Shown: in pieces, positions 18,958-32,058 of the stretch
Layout of the letters: the number at the start of each line of letters is the position of its first letter
Position numbering within the stretch: the stretch's first letter is position 1
NCBI GenBank assembly: GCA_010909165.1
Contig: VJWM01000025.1
Location: forward strand, 1,426,001-1,490,000
DNA length: 64,000 nucleotides
From: Anthoceros angustus
Lineage: Eukaryota > Plantae > Anthocerotophyta
Direction: 5' to 3'
Program-made: the position numbers and the translations under genes
Notes under the pieces: generated by a model
What the model saw: only the letters and a program-made list of their open reading frames with translations
What the model was told of the DNA's origin: nothing
Database searches by the model: none

Positions 18958-21422
18958 TTGAAAAAACTGCCAGCCAGAGGTCTTGGACAGCGGAATGTTG
19001 GCTCTGCTCTGAGATCTGCGGATCATATCTTCCAGAGGCAAGCCGACGTCGATATGGAAGGCGTGAGCATGCCCTTTAACTGGCCGAAATGCGGCCCCGC
19101 ACTCTCGTCTCCAAAGCAGCTACAAGCTCCGGATGTTGATATCTCTAGGTTGCGTAGGGCTCGAGCAATGCTGTCCCGATCTCTGGGTTCCTCGGAGCGG
19201 GAGAATGCGTCCAACTGCATCCGGGACCTCCGCCTCTACAGTCTGTCGAGAATTCTTCCTCCTAGTAGATGTGGCTTGTCTGATGCTCATCCTGCAGATG
19301 AAGGCGATGTGTCTGCTGATGGACACGTTTTGGGAGCAGAGAGCCCAGATGTTTGCAACAATCCGCTGAGAAATGCATCCTCGCCTCAAATGCAAGAGGC
19401 AGCCCTCAGATTTGAAATTCCTAGAAATTGTTCCTCGTCTGGGGGAAATCTGACCAAAGAGCCCAAGGAGCCGCTAGGGAATGAGCTCGGGGAAGAGGGA
19501 GAGGAGTTCATTGGGAGTTCTGTGGTGCAATGCTCTCCTGATTGCCAGGGTCTATGTCCTTCCGCGTCGAGGCCTCCGACAAGCTCGTCCTTGGAGAATT
19601 CTTTCGTGTTGGTGGACTCTGGCAAATCAGATGCTGGGTTGAATGCCGGATTGCCGTGCTGCGGGTCCCAGTCCTTGTGCAGCAGGCCCCATTCCGAGCC
19701 AGGGCCCTCGGTTTTGCGCCAGAGCGCAGGGACAAATGTTTCTGCAGATGTGGGTGACTCCAAGGAGGCAGAGGCTCGTCGGTGGGGGGAAGAATCCGGC
19801 CACCTGTCGAGCAGAACAGGAGAGACTTGCGGTGCAACAGCTTGCACGCAGCAGGTTGGGGTTGGGGAGCGCGATTCTGAACAGATGGTGGGTGATCAGG
19901 AGAAGAGGGAATCTTCCTGGCTACTTGAGTCCGGACGGGGAGGAGGAGGCAAGGGGAAATTCACTGCTGGTAGTAAAGGAAGGCAGAGGGATGTCCACTT
20001 TGATGAATTAAGGCATGGCAGGTTTTTGGAAGGGCGGCTGGTTTATAGGCAGACATTCGTGATCCGATCGTACGAAGTTGGAGTTGATAAGACCGCATCC
20101 GTGGACACTTTGACAAATCTCTTCCAGGTAACCTTCGGCAGAATGCAGGGGACATGCCTTTGCTTGCCTTCTAGGAAACCGTAAGAGACCCGGTACGCCG
20201 CGTACAGGAGGTGGCATTGAACCATGTGTGGCTGCTTGGCATTTCTGGAGATGGCTTTGGGGCCACAGTTGCTATGAACAACCACCGGTTGATATGTGTT
20301 GTAACCAGAATGCATGTGGAAGTAGAACGGTACCCGTCGTGGTAGGCTTGGTTTGGCAGCAACACTTTTGTGACCATGCACTGCAGCAGGGATTGTTATG
20401 CTCACACAAACGTGTTTGCTGGTAAGCAATTTTCAGGAACGAGCTGGTGGATATCGACTCCTGGTTGGCGCCAGAGGGGAGGCATGGACTGCGTCGTGAT
20501 TGGCTTGTCCGTGACAACAAGAAAGGACACATCCTTGCTCGAGCCACGAGGTGAGGCCAATTTGTTTAAAGCTTTGGGCTAGACTGATGAGTGTAGAGAA
20601 AGAGCTCATGATGACCTGCTGAATTCAGTACCTGGGTGATGATGAACAAAGACACAAGAAAGCTGTCGAGAGTTCCAAGGGATGTGAGGGCAGAAATTGC
20701 TCCTTTTTTCGTGGACAGAGCAGTGCTTGCAGAGCCTCCACGAAGAGTCGAGAAGATTCGTGAAACAGCCCAGTTCACTCAATCTGGCTTGCGGGTACTT
20801 GCTCTCGAACCGTCTTTTTTGAGATGTGCCTCGGCATCTTCCTGCTTTCTCAAGATTGGTTTTGCCCTCGCTGATTCGAGATGTGCGCAAATTTGCAGCC
20901 TTGCAGAGGGGACATGGATGCAAACCAGCACGTCAACAATGTAAAGTACATCGACTGGATAATGGAGGTAATTCGCTCATGTCACGGCTGGTTGGACAAT
21001 TTTCCAAATATATCTTTCCAAGCTGCGTGACCTGCGTGCAGAGTATACCTGCCTCTATTCTGGCGACCCATGAGCTGAGTAGCATCACAATGGAGTACAG
21101 GCAAGAGTGTGGAAAAAATGACGTGGTTGAATCCTTGACCAACCCAGAGACCCAGCACCCTTCTTCGGAGTACACGCTGGTAATGACTGTAGGTAGCGGC
21201 CAGGTGAACATCTCCCCAGTCGGACAGAACAAGAGCTTCGCCTACTCCTCTGGGCCCTTGGCTTTCAATGGAGCCCCGGCCATCCCTGTTGACGCCAGCC
21301 TCGTACCTCTGCAGTACACTCACATGCTTCGAACTGTGACGGACAATGCTGAACTTCTCCGGGGACGTACTACATGGAGACTCCGAAAACGTGAGCAACA
21401 CTTTCCTTCCACCTGTATCTGA
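18958..21422 (+). CDS. Acyl-ACP thioesterase (FatA/FatB family) with a long N-terminal extension
   Basis: YRQTFVIRSYEVGVDKTAS, DMDANQHVNNVKYIDWIME, SITMEYRQEC, YTHMLR...LLRGRTTW across several GT-AG exons. Start uncertain. Confidence 0.93.
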
Positions 21423-21631
21423 TGCTACCTACGTTCACTTCGATTCACGACCCTCGAGTTCCAGATTGATTTCTTTGGTGATTGGTTGCATTGATGGGTC
21501 CTTGAACTATCAGGTCTACTCTCAGAGATAAGTCACCTCACTTCTCAGAATCCCACCATCCATGCAGATGTCCCAGCGGTTAAATGTTCTGGTCCATTGA
21601 TGGGTGTTGATATGCTAGCCGCTTGTTTCCT

Positions 21632-24600
21632 CTATGGATACGATGTCAAAGTGATGTCTAACTTCAGAGGACCCGCCCCCTTCCTTACCTCAAATACCTG
21701 TTGCACATCCTCGCCTGCAACTGAGACCGAATATTGTCCTGTAAATCCCCGAAATGCTATCTGTCCCTCAGCATTCGTCACACCACTGGTCTTGGTCAGC
21801 CATTCCTGCTTCAAAGCTAGAAATCGTTTTCCTGCTTCTGTTAGACTGGAGTCCCAATTCACCAGATGAGCACGCTCTCTGGACATGGCACCTTCCCAAA
21901 AGCCCCAGAGAAGGACTCCTTCGACACCTGGATGTGCGTATGCCTCTCTGAGAACCACTTCCAAATCGTCAGCCCTGATGTGCTCGTTTGATGATGCAAC
22001 ATCGACTTCTGTCAACCAAATAGGAAGTCCAGCAGAGCTCAAGACATCGAAGGATTCACGCAAGATGGAGCCCACTGGAGCATCAATGTGGCCCTGGACG
22101 CCAACCCCTCCCACTGTTGCTCCTTGTCTCTGAAGCTTCACTATATGTTCCACATATCTCTGCGCGGAGGAGTTGGCGTCACAGCCATCCTCGACATGGT
22201 AATCATTGACAAACAAGGTTGCATGGGGGTCGAATTGCTTGCACAGCCGGAACATATGTGGAATGATTTCACGGCCAAGTCTGTCTTTGAAGAACGAGCC
22301 ATGTAGCATTTCGTTGTTCACATCATAATGCTTAAACCTTCCCTGATAGCGAGATAACATGTCCTTAATCCGTCTTTGCACAGCATCACGCAAAGCAGGC
22401 TCCGGAAGACACTTCAGCCATTCCTGCACTGTATGTTCCACCTCCCAGAAGATACAATGGCCCCTTACAGGAATGCTATGCTGGGAACAGAAGTCCAGCA
22501 GTTCATCAGCGTCTTTGTAGTTAAGCTTACCCTGGCTGGGTTCAATCCACGTCCATTTCATCTCATTTTCAAATACTGCCCAATTGAACTGCTCCAGAAA
22601 GAACTTCACATAACTAGGGTTGTCGATGTTGTGTCGATTTATACATGAGCCAAGAGGAAAATCGTTACTTGTTTGGAGAACCTGCAATGACCGCGAGGGC
22701 ACAACGCGCCCATATCTGTCTTTGACAGTTAATATGACCTCTCGCTTGCGCACCTGGGTAGGGAATCTCTCAAGGTGTTAGCCCAGAGCGTGAATGAACC
22801 ATTCACCAAATACAAGAGCTGAGATGAGCAATATGAAGCCATTTGCACACCCGAATGAAATAACGTACCGTGTCTGTGCATGCAATTAGTTTTGTCAATC
22901 TCTCCGTTTTGTCCACTGCAAGAATCCGTAAGCCAGCTAACATAACGCTAGTACCAGGAGCTGGACCTTGAACGTACACAACAACCTTCTTGGCTGCGTT
23001 CTCTAACCGAAATGAGCCTCTTACTTCAGTCCAGGACCCTGATGCATCCGCCTGCGTCTCTCCCCCATTTACCCATGCATCGTCCACACTAAGAGCTACA
23101 TTAACCTTCTGGGCTTCAGTTGCAAGACGAAGTCTCACCCAGGCCTTAACTTCGTAAGTGAGGAATAGCCGCACTCTGTCAGTGATGTTCTGTGCTGGAC
23201 CCTCCCAGTAGTGATGTCGTTGTGTGGCAACAACACATTGAGATCCACGTGGTCCTTCACTGGTCACTTCCAGATGACATGACCCAAGAGCATACCAGGA
23301 GGCCAGTCCCTTGGAAAACGTGCTGTTTTCAACAATATTAATTCCATATCTTGGATCCTGTAACAAACACGTCCAAAGTTGCCCTCACCACTCTACTGAC
23401 CACAAAGTGCCCAACACCAACGATCAAGATACGAGATAAAAATGATCATCCCCAGAGCAACGAACATGACATCCAACCTCAAGGACAGGACGATTGGCAG
23501 GAGTTGGTTTCTTTAGGGGACGCATGGAAAAGCTCCGCACACTCATATCAACCCCACTGGGAGGTCCTTCCAAATAGGCTACCGCTTTGCTAGGTAGCTT
23601 GTGGAGAGTCAGCCTTCCCTTCAGCTCAACCCAACCATTTGTTGATGCTTCAGTTCTGCATGTACAGAATATGACACAAGGAGGTAGATGATTGAAAACT
23701 GGAAGAAATGGAGTGTCTAAAAGATGGATTTGAAATGCTCTACCTCCCCATGGAAATATATTGCTCTGCTCCATCCTGATTCACAATATGTAGTGTAGCA
23801 AGCACAGTTGCAGTGTTGACTGATCCATACAGCCTCACGACTGCATTGACATCATACACCACATTTGCTTTGAGGCGCCTAGTGATGTCTTGCTGAATGC
23901 CTTGCCATTCAGCACGGCGACATGATAGGACAACACAGTTGTTTATCCTGGAGAAGGAAGGCTTGCATCCATTGCAGGTCCAGCTTTCCAGTCCATCCTG
24001 AAAATTCCAGTTTTCTAGTATCTCTCCAGTACATACGCTCGGGTCTCCGTCCATATCCTCTTGCTTTTCCGTTGATCTGCTTCTACCCATCGCCGCTTGC
24101 TTCTGCAAAAAGCATCAGATCCATTCCATCAAGCGCCTCATCCCAAGAGTAGCCTTTACCACAGGGTGATGGTGTCATACCACAGCCACAGGCTCTCCAC
24201 TTGCTGGTGTGATGGATAGTCTTGCAAGAAGAAGACACACACCACGAGGCGGACCTTCAACATACACCAATGCCTTTGGCCAGGATGACTCCACCCGGAG
24301 CTTGCCCTTCAGTACCGTCCATTTCCCTGCCGAGACACTCCCCCTGCACAGCCCCACGACTCGTTCAAGCCTGGAAAACTGCAGAGAACTAAGCAAATTG
24401 ATGCACAAATCAGCTTCGGGAAGCACAATACTTTGCCAGCTGGATATACTGCGGTGCCCCGCCGGCAGCAGTGTCGAGCTTCAGGGTCACAAGCACTGGT
24501 ACATCTCCATCCTGTCCCACAGCACTCACCACAGCTTGCAAATCATACTCAACAGACGGCCTCAACCTGTCTTGTATCTCCTGTGAGATGCCCTGCCACG

Positions 24601-24775
24601 CTGCGGTCCGATTGGTGGCCACACAGCAGCAGGCGGAGCCGTCAGGCCAGCGCTCGCAAAGCACGCTGCCTGGAGAATGAAGGACGGAAATCTTGCAGCA
24701 CAGCGGCATCCAGCCTCTGAGGTCCTCCTGGAAAAGCGGGTTGTCGACGATGTTGGAAGGCGCAATCGGATCCAT
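21632..24775 (-). CDS. GH10 endo-1,4-beta-xylanase with three N-terminal CBM4/22-like domains
   Basis: Three repeats of N..F..GL..W...EGP, then FNWAVFENEMKW, VRGHCIFW, YDVNNEMLHG, GVQGH, IWLTEVD, LLWGFW. Confidence 0.96.
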
Positions 24776-25753
24776 CTCCGGAAGCAGGACTTGTCGCTGC
24801 AGAGCTCTGGTTCTGTTCCTGGGTTCCTGGCGAACGAGCCAGCCGGGTCAGTCCATCCACCTAACGCTGTCCCAATTGGCATGTCATTTGCGAGACGGCT
24901 GGCCACAGTGTGAAAGCCGCGTGGAGGATGGCGGGCGATTGTGATCGCCTTCAAGAATCTCGGTCTCCAAAGGGCGGGGGGCTCCTGAGACTACGATTTT
25001 GCGATCCTCACGCCGCTTCGATCTGTTTCCTGCCACTGCCGCTGCCGTCTGCGCTTGATGGCCATCGCCTTCGCCTCAAGCGTTTCTGGGTGGGCGTGAA
25101 GTTCATCCAAGGCGAGAGAAGGGGAAAGACTTGGTCCCCTTGCTGCCTAGAGGCATGCATGTTCCGTCTTTGGTGAGCTCGCCTCCTCATCCTGCACGAG
25201 CCTGGGCATTGTGGAGGGTCCTGTGTAGCTAGCCTAGGCCCACCTGAGACAATTGGTCTGTCTTGATGTTGGAATCAAAAGAATGGCGTCTTTCAATTTC
25301 TTGATTGGAAAACCTTCTTCCATACGAGCATTGGCAATGCCACCAGTGCCATGACGTAGTGCATTGCACCGGAATCTGCATCCTCACCTTGCCCAGAGAT
25401 CGCCCTGTGTAATGTTCTTCTATACATGGCAGCTTAGGAGCCTGTCGAAGCATATACCAGTTCTGCCCTTGAGGCAGGCAGGCTCAAGACACAGCTGGCC
25501 TCCACAGAAATGAGAACTAGTAAGCAGCTCTTGTTCACAACCTCTGGCACACTTTCCGCAGGATCCGTGACGTGGGAGTGGGGATCGTAGGGCAGGTTGG
25601 AGAAGGAACTAGCTAGCTGTGGTTGATTGAACTGGGTAGAGATAGAGAAACAGGATTAACCATTGCAGGGAAGTGACTCCCTCTTGCATGATCTCTGCAA
25701 GTAAGCCACGGCAAGACGTGGCTTTCTTGTATGGAAGATAAATTGCACCCTTT

Positions 25754-26379
25754 TTGCACAGAAAGAGGAGCATGGAGGAATTCCGGAAAGGGCAGAGTGG
25801 AAGCATTCACTCACCCCACCCTTCCTCCGCCGTGAAGGACACCGAGAAAGCTGGTACTAAGAAGTGCCCCCATTTGAAGGATTTTGACGTGTGCACGGTT
25901 TGCAACAAAACAGCAAAGCTGAAAGCCAAGGTTGCCAGAAAGAGCTATGCACCGGGTAGACAGGGGGGAACATCCCTGATGAGTAACAGGCGATCACAGT
26001 CTGCGTAGTTGATGGATGGAAGTGTCTTGCTCCGTTGCCTCATTGTGGGATTGCTCCCACTAGTTCTTCTGATCTTGTACCTGTGAAGCTGGAAGCCCCC
26101 CCTGCGAGATCTGGATATCATACAGGTGGCTTATCTCAGGGGATGCTGTTCTGGTGAGTGAGTGCAATGGCAATAAGGAAGAAGTGTGTAGGCAACTATC
26201 TTTGGGGACTGTTGCTGTACGAGAAATATTACGGCTTAACCAGAACTAAGCTGGTCTTCCGCCCGCCCCAGGTCATACAACTGCCACCTCCACCCCCAGA
26301 CCCTGCCCTCCTCAAAGGCAAAGGCAAGAAAAAAGTATCCATAGAAGCAAGCCCTGACAAACCCAAGAAGAAGAAGTAG
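25754..26379 (+). CDS. Putative small multi-exon gene of unknown function (Cys cluster; Pro/Lys-rich C-terminus)
   Basis: Coding-like segments KKCPHLKDFDVCTVCNKTAKLKAKVARKSYAP, DGWKCLAPLPHCG...LRDLDIIQ and LPPPPPDPALLKGKGKKK...KPKKKK*, separated by GT-AG intervals. Exact junctions unresolved. Confidence 0.45.
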
Positions 26380-26766
26380 TATTGCATTTGGTCGTTAAGC
26401 GCTTCGATGTTTTGTATGGTGGATTCACATGGGAAACTTGTGGAGAGACAGCTGACAGAAAGGCTCTATCTCCGCATCCTCACACGACAAGGAGTCCGTC
26501 AACATTCAACTGTCAAGTGATGATGCCTCACATATTGGTCTATATTGCTTTTATCCTTGGAGATATTTCGGACATCTGGCTTTCCGAGGGTTTCTGGCTG
26601 TGGGTGTACGCATCTCTGTGCTTGGATATCCCTAGGAAGGTGGAACCGGAAGTTCGAGGGAGGCGAGGTTGAGAAGACGAAAGCACATCTTGCATTAAGC
26701 GTACATTTAGTTGCTCCGTGAGCATCATCAATCTTACTATTCATGTTCAACAACTCTGCCCCAGGA

Positions 26767-28340
26767 TCAGAACTGCGTTTGCCCTGGGAGTACCATTTTA
26801 TCTTCTTCATCCAGACCAGGTCCGGCACATGCATTGCTCTCCTTGAACTCGGTTAACAGATCATTGACTTTGCTGATTACTGCCTCCCCATCACAATTGG
26901 CTGTTTCAGGCATGCCTATAAGCAATGCCTCACTTGGGCTCGTGCTAATTTCAATGACTTTGTTAAAATCTGCTAAAACCACCTCACTGGTGGATTCTTG
27001 CATTTCTTGCTCAGCCTGCGGTGATATCAGCTAAACAATCTCGCATATACCATGACAATCCACAAGGCCAAAAATTCAAGCAACATCTAGGGCCCCCTGT
27101 CTTGCACTTGGAGCATCCAGCTAGCTGATCAGAGAGCTAGTAGGAGAGACCTGTTGCTTACGCAGCTGCAATTACCTTGTATTCTTCCAGCCTCAATCTC
27201 CTTGCCGCTTTCTCATGTTCCCCCAACTGCCTCTGCTGCCCCAACCAAAAGACATCAGGTTCATGAAGATCTGCAAAAAGAAAACATCCTTATGGTGTTG
27301 CTGAGGACTGAGCATATGGCAGACCTGTATTGCTGTCTGGATTTGGACTCTTGAGTACAGTTCCTCATAAACAGCGTATATCTCGGCAAGAAGGAGTCGG
27401 AGGCCTTCAGTAAGATTTTGGTGTGGGAGCTCTCCAGCCTGCATGATGCAGAGATTAGCCGGCTGCTGGATGCTTGATCTACTTTGAGAGATCATCTGCT
27501 GCCTCAGGAGGCGGCAATTTAAATTGCAGTCAGACCTACTGTGGAGAGCAACATGCATTTGGACCTGCTTGACCACAGAGTTGTAACTAGAATCACCTCC
27601 GGATCCAGGACAGTCTAGGGGATTCCATGGCACTTGTTCAAGAAGGAACCTGCGAGTGACAACTGTGGAGTGGCATCCAATGACAATCTGGTTGGCTGAC
27701 AAAGGGCTAAACGCACACTTGATCTGCTCAACTGAAAGGGCACAAGCCATGTCTTGCTTATTAGCCACAATGAGCGCGGGCTTTCCCACTAGATGAGCAT
27801 GCCCAGTGGCCACCTTGAACTCGTTTCTTGCCTCCTCCAGCCGGTCCCTGTCCGAAGAGTCTATCACATAGATCATCCCGAATGCCTGTCAAAGTAGGAT
27901 TCACATCAGCACTGGTACGATCCTTTCATTCCCTGAGCCCAGCATCAGGAAGCCTGCCTGACCACAAAGCATGTACCTCTGCGAAGTAGTTCGGCCAGAT
28001 TCCACGAATCTTTTTCCCTCCCCCCAGGTCGAACACATGGGCTACCACATCATCTCCAGCATTCCATGACTTGCTCACAAACCCCAAGGTGGGCACGATG
28101 ATGTCCGCCGCAGGTTGCCCCCTGCTTTCACAAAGCACGGCACGCATCACCTCCTCCACACCTGCTCAAATTGCGAGCGGCAACGGTGCAGCAGGCATGA
28201 GCGGGACATGTGCACCTCATGTTTGTCAGCAGTGAGGATTTGCCAGCCCCGTCCAGCCCGATCAACACCAGCACAAGCCTCCGGCATCTCTTGCGTTTAG
28301 CCAAGAGCTGCAGACCTCCAGGCAAGCAGGCACAGAGGCA
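26767..28340 (-). CDS. ARL13: ARL13-type ciliary small GTPase (start uncertain)
   Basis: GLDGAGKS, VPTLGF, FDLGGGKKIRGIWPNYFAE (Gly in place of the catalytic Gln, typical of ARL13), IYVIDSSDRDRLEE, GKPALIVANKQD, followed by a coiled-coil exon. Confidence 0.88.
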
Positions 28341-28631
28341 GCAGCTGAGACCACATCCTTCAGCTGGCATTCTGGCGAAGCAAGACAGAGGGTTGCAGCA
28401 GGGCAGGCACGGAGTCGGACCACTCTGGAAATGCTCTGTGGTCTACGGGGAAGACATGTCTTTGCCGGGTCCAGGTCCGGCAGTTGGCCGTTGGAGGCCC
28501 CGGTCCCATGATTGGGACACACCGGGCCGGGTGCCAATGGAGACAAAAAGAGACCGGTGGTCCGCCGGGTTAGGCAAAACCCTCTTCCTTGCTCTCTCGG
28601 GCGCTTGGCTGCTCTGATCCGGTGGGCAACG

Positions 28632-31600
28632 ATGGGTTCGTGGAGAAGGCTTGGGAGATGCCTTGCAGGTGTCGACATTGGTGATCTCCTTCGAGCATGG
28701 GAGCCATTTGCAGCTCGCCGCACCTCTGCTGGCAAGGATTTTCTGATTTGATGGGCTGTAACAGCGGGCAGTCGAGTCGGACTGTAATGACACCGTGGTT
28801 CATCTTGTTGCAGGTTTGGATCGCAGCACGGGCAGGCCTGAGCTGAATTTAGTGGGTAGAATATGGCTGAAGGACTGGAATTCGTCGAGGCTGTCTGTCG
28901 GATTGTTCTCAGGTGGTGGACGTTAGAGAGGCAGATGTGTTGTGCGTGGTCGGGTTTTGGGCACCAATGCTGATTGTGCGCATTTCGTAGTGGTGGTGTG
29001 GGGTAGCTGGAGCTATGCGCAAGCTGAGGAGGCCCAGCGACGCTTCCCTTCCCTTGCTCCGGACGAGGGGTCCACGCAAGTCGAGCTTGTCGAGGGCAGC
29101 TTGCAGACGCCGCCAGAGGGCGAGGTTATATCCAACTCGCATACAGCCAGGTGGAGAATTTACACCAACATGGGACGAGAACTCTTCTCTCAGGTTGCGT
29201 GGGATTCCGTGTTGGTTGACCATGCTGGATGCCTTGTGTTCGCTATATGTTCACTTTTCAGTCGTGGTGCAGGGTCGTCTTGATGAGGCGGAGAGATACT
29301 TCACACGAGCCCTGGAGGAAGCGAAGAAGGGATTTGGGGAAGATGATCCACATGTGGCTTCTAGCTACAACAATCTTGTACACTTGCATCCCAAGAAAAT
29401 GTTACGCTTTCATGTTCTTTACCACCAGGAATTTTATGGCTAAGAATGTGTCCCACCATGGGTTGTCTTCAGGCAGAGCTGTTTAGGCTGAAAAGGGAGT
29501 ACACGAAGGCAGAGCCTTTGTACTTGGAGGCGGTGCAGAGGCTCGAGAGGGCCCTGGGTGCTGAAGCTCAAAGGTGAACGCTCGCATGTGGTTCTGATGG
29601 ATCGCTTTGGCCTAGCACAACATGGTTTGTTTTGGATCGGAGGTGGAGAAGTTACGTGGTTTTTACCATGGCATGCAGTGTAGGCTTTGCTTTGCACAAT
29701 CTGGGGAGTTTCTATTTCATTCAGCGAAGGTTTGAGGAAGCTGAAAGCTGTTACAGAGTATGGTTTACAGCCATTTTGTGTCTTTGCTTGATCGCATCAT
29801 ACACATAGCATTAGCTTGTTCAGAGTTCTTGAATGGAAGCATGATTTCAGCTTGTGTAGGCGTGCCTTGATTAACATGAGCATTGACCAGTTCTAGTTTC
29901 GGCATTCTCCGGTGGGGGATTTTGCGTGCACGTTTGCTGGTTGCATCAGCGTGCTTTGAAGGTAATGCCTTGTTTTCGTGTTCCTTATGATTCTTTTGTT
30001 GAGTTCTGGTGTGTACACGTCAGTACCATGGGTGTAACTTACATGTCTGACTTCGTGACTGAGGCAACAGAAGAGACGGATTTAATGTTGGAGCATCAGA
30101 CTGTGGGTCAAGTCTTATCACCTTTTATTTCTTTCATGCAGATCAAAGGACGAACCATGGGCTTTGACCATCCTGAGTATGCAAGTACAATGTTTCATCT
30201 AGGCGAGGTGCTGAATTATTGAGTCTCTACTGATTTTCCAGGGACACTTGTAAGGTGCAATTCTGCATTAAACGTGATGCCGTAATCAATGTGCAGGTTT
30301 TGCGGGTTCGTGGACATGTCAAGGATGCAGAGGCTTACATACGTGACTCCATACGTATACTTGAGGTTGTTCCTTGGTTGTATGGAAAGCTTATGACTTT
30401 TAGCACATACATCTGGAGATGCCAAATTAGTGAACTCAACGCGGTTGCAGGAGGCGGGTGGTGGCCACTCTAAAACTGCAGCTCTCAGAATGGGACGTCT
30501 AGCTGAGGTAGCTCATTTCTGCTCCTCAAAAAGGCCTCCTATCATGCGCTCTGGATTTCAGGATTTTGTCTGGCTGTATTAGATATTGGTGCACACTGGA
30601 CAACTTCAGGAAGCAGAAAACTTTCAGAGAAAGCTTGTGCACACCTTGGAGCTATCAGAGGTTAGTACACATTTCCATGCAGCTTAGGCTCTTAGACACG
30701 TTTACATTTGGAAGGGACAGTATCTTATGTTAGTGGGGAAAGAGCTCTAATGAGGTCATTCTAAGACCACCAGTTTGTGCGTATCTGAGATGATGTGTTG
30801 AGGCAGGGTTCAGATGCGATGGTCGTTGCAACTGCTGTAGATAACTTGGCTCTTACTCTTCAAGCAGAAAACAAGCTGGAAGAAGCTGAGGAGCTGCTGC
30901 AGAGGTTAGCCTCGCCATGCATGCATCATCGTGTGAATCAGTTCTGAAACCGTGTCACGTTTAGGATGGTAGCTCAACATGAGGTTGACTCATTGGCTAA
31001 ACGTGAAAACTTCGTGGCATGAAGATGTCTACATATCAGGCAACAGGCACTTGGCCCAGATGACGCCCTGGTAGGACATGATTTTTGAGATTCAGTACTG
31101 GTGCTTGTCGTCGTCCAACCGATGGGCACCCATTCCTCCAAGCAGGTTCTGGAAGCAAAGTGCACTCATTCTTCTGAAAGTTGTCGAATGTGTCAGGTTG
31201 GATCGACATTGTTCAAACTGGCATCCGTGGAAATGAAGCTGGGCGAAACGTTGTTGGCTTCTGGGCATGAGAAAAACAAAGATGCAGGGTCCTTGGCATT
31301 CCAGAAAGCAGAACAATATCTTCAACGCGCCATAGGGTCTGTGCCCTATCGTGGTTCCTAAAAGCAGGAGATGCAAGGTATCGTTTTGGTGCGTTCTGAT
31401 TAGTCCCATACATTGATCGCCTCACAATGTACTGCAGAATTGCAGAGCAGGGCTGGAAGGAGATATCAGAAGCAGCAGCAGCAGCAGCAACAACAACAGC
31501 ACCCAGAGTTACTAAAGGCATCAGTCGCAAGGAAAACATCTCGTCCATGATGGGCGAGACCCTTCTCGCTCTTGTAAGTTCTCAAATCTGTGCATTGCCG

Positions 31601-32058
31601 GCCAACAGCATTCCATGACCTACAATACCGTGGACTAACTGGTAGTTGCTATCATCGAAGACTCGATCCTTGAACACGCTCGCTCTACTGGAGATGCGAA
31701 AGGCAGACCTAGCCAGCACGCCAGCGGTGAGCATCTTTGCAACATCAGATTCACACACATTCCCCCTTGTCTTGCACTGAGTCTAACATCCCGACATGCT
31801 AACAGGAAGCTGCCCAATCAAGGGAGAAAGCGTTTCAAGCACTGGATCAGATTCTGTCCCTTCTTGATCAGGCACGGCACTCTCCCACACTCTGCTCCAT
31901 CATCTCCTTGTGTTGCTCGAGCCCTGACGTGTTTTGTGTCTGTGCAGCCTGCCATCTCCACACAGCTTTCAGACTGGCCTGATGTCCAGAAGGAACAGGC
32001 AACATGTGTCCATCGTCGTGCAATGCTGTTGAACACAGTCTCCAAGATACGACGCTAG
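28632..32058 (+). CDS. Multi-exon TPR protein (kinesin-light-chain-like TPR_12 repeats)
   Basis: WRIYTNMGRELFSQ|GRLDEAERYFTRALEEAKKGFGEDDPHVASSYNNL|AELFRLKREYTKAEPLYLEA, ALHNLGSFY, DHPEYASTMFHLGEV. Gene ends are approximate. Confidence 0.88.
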
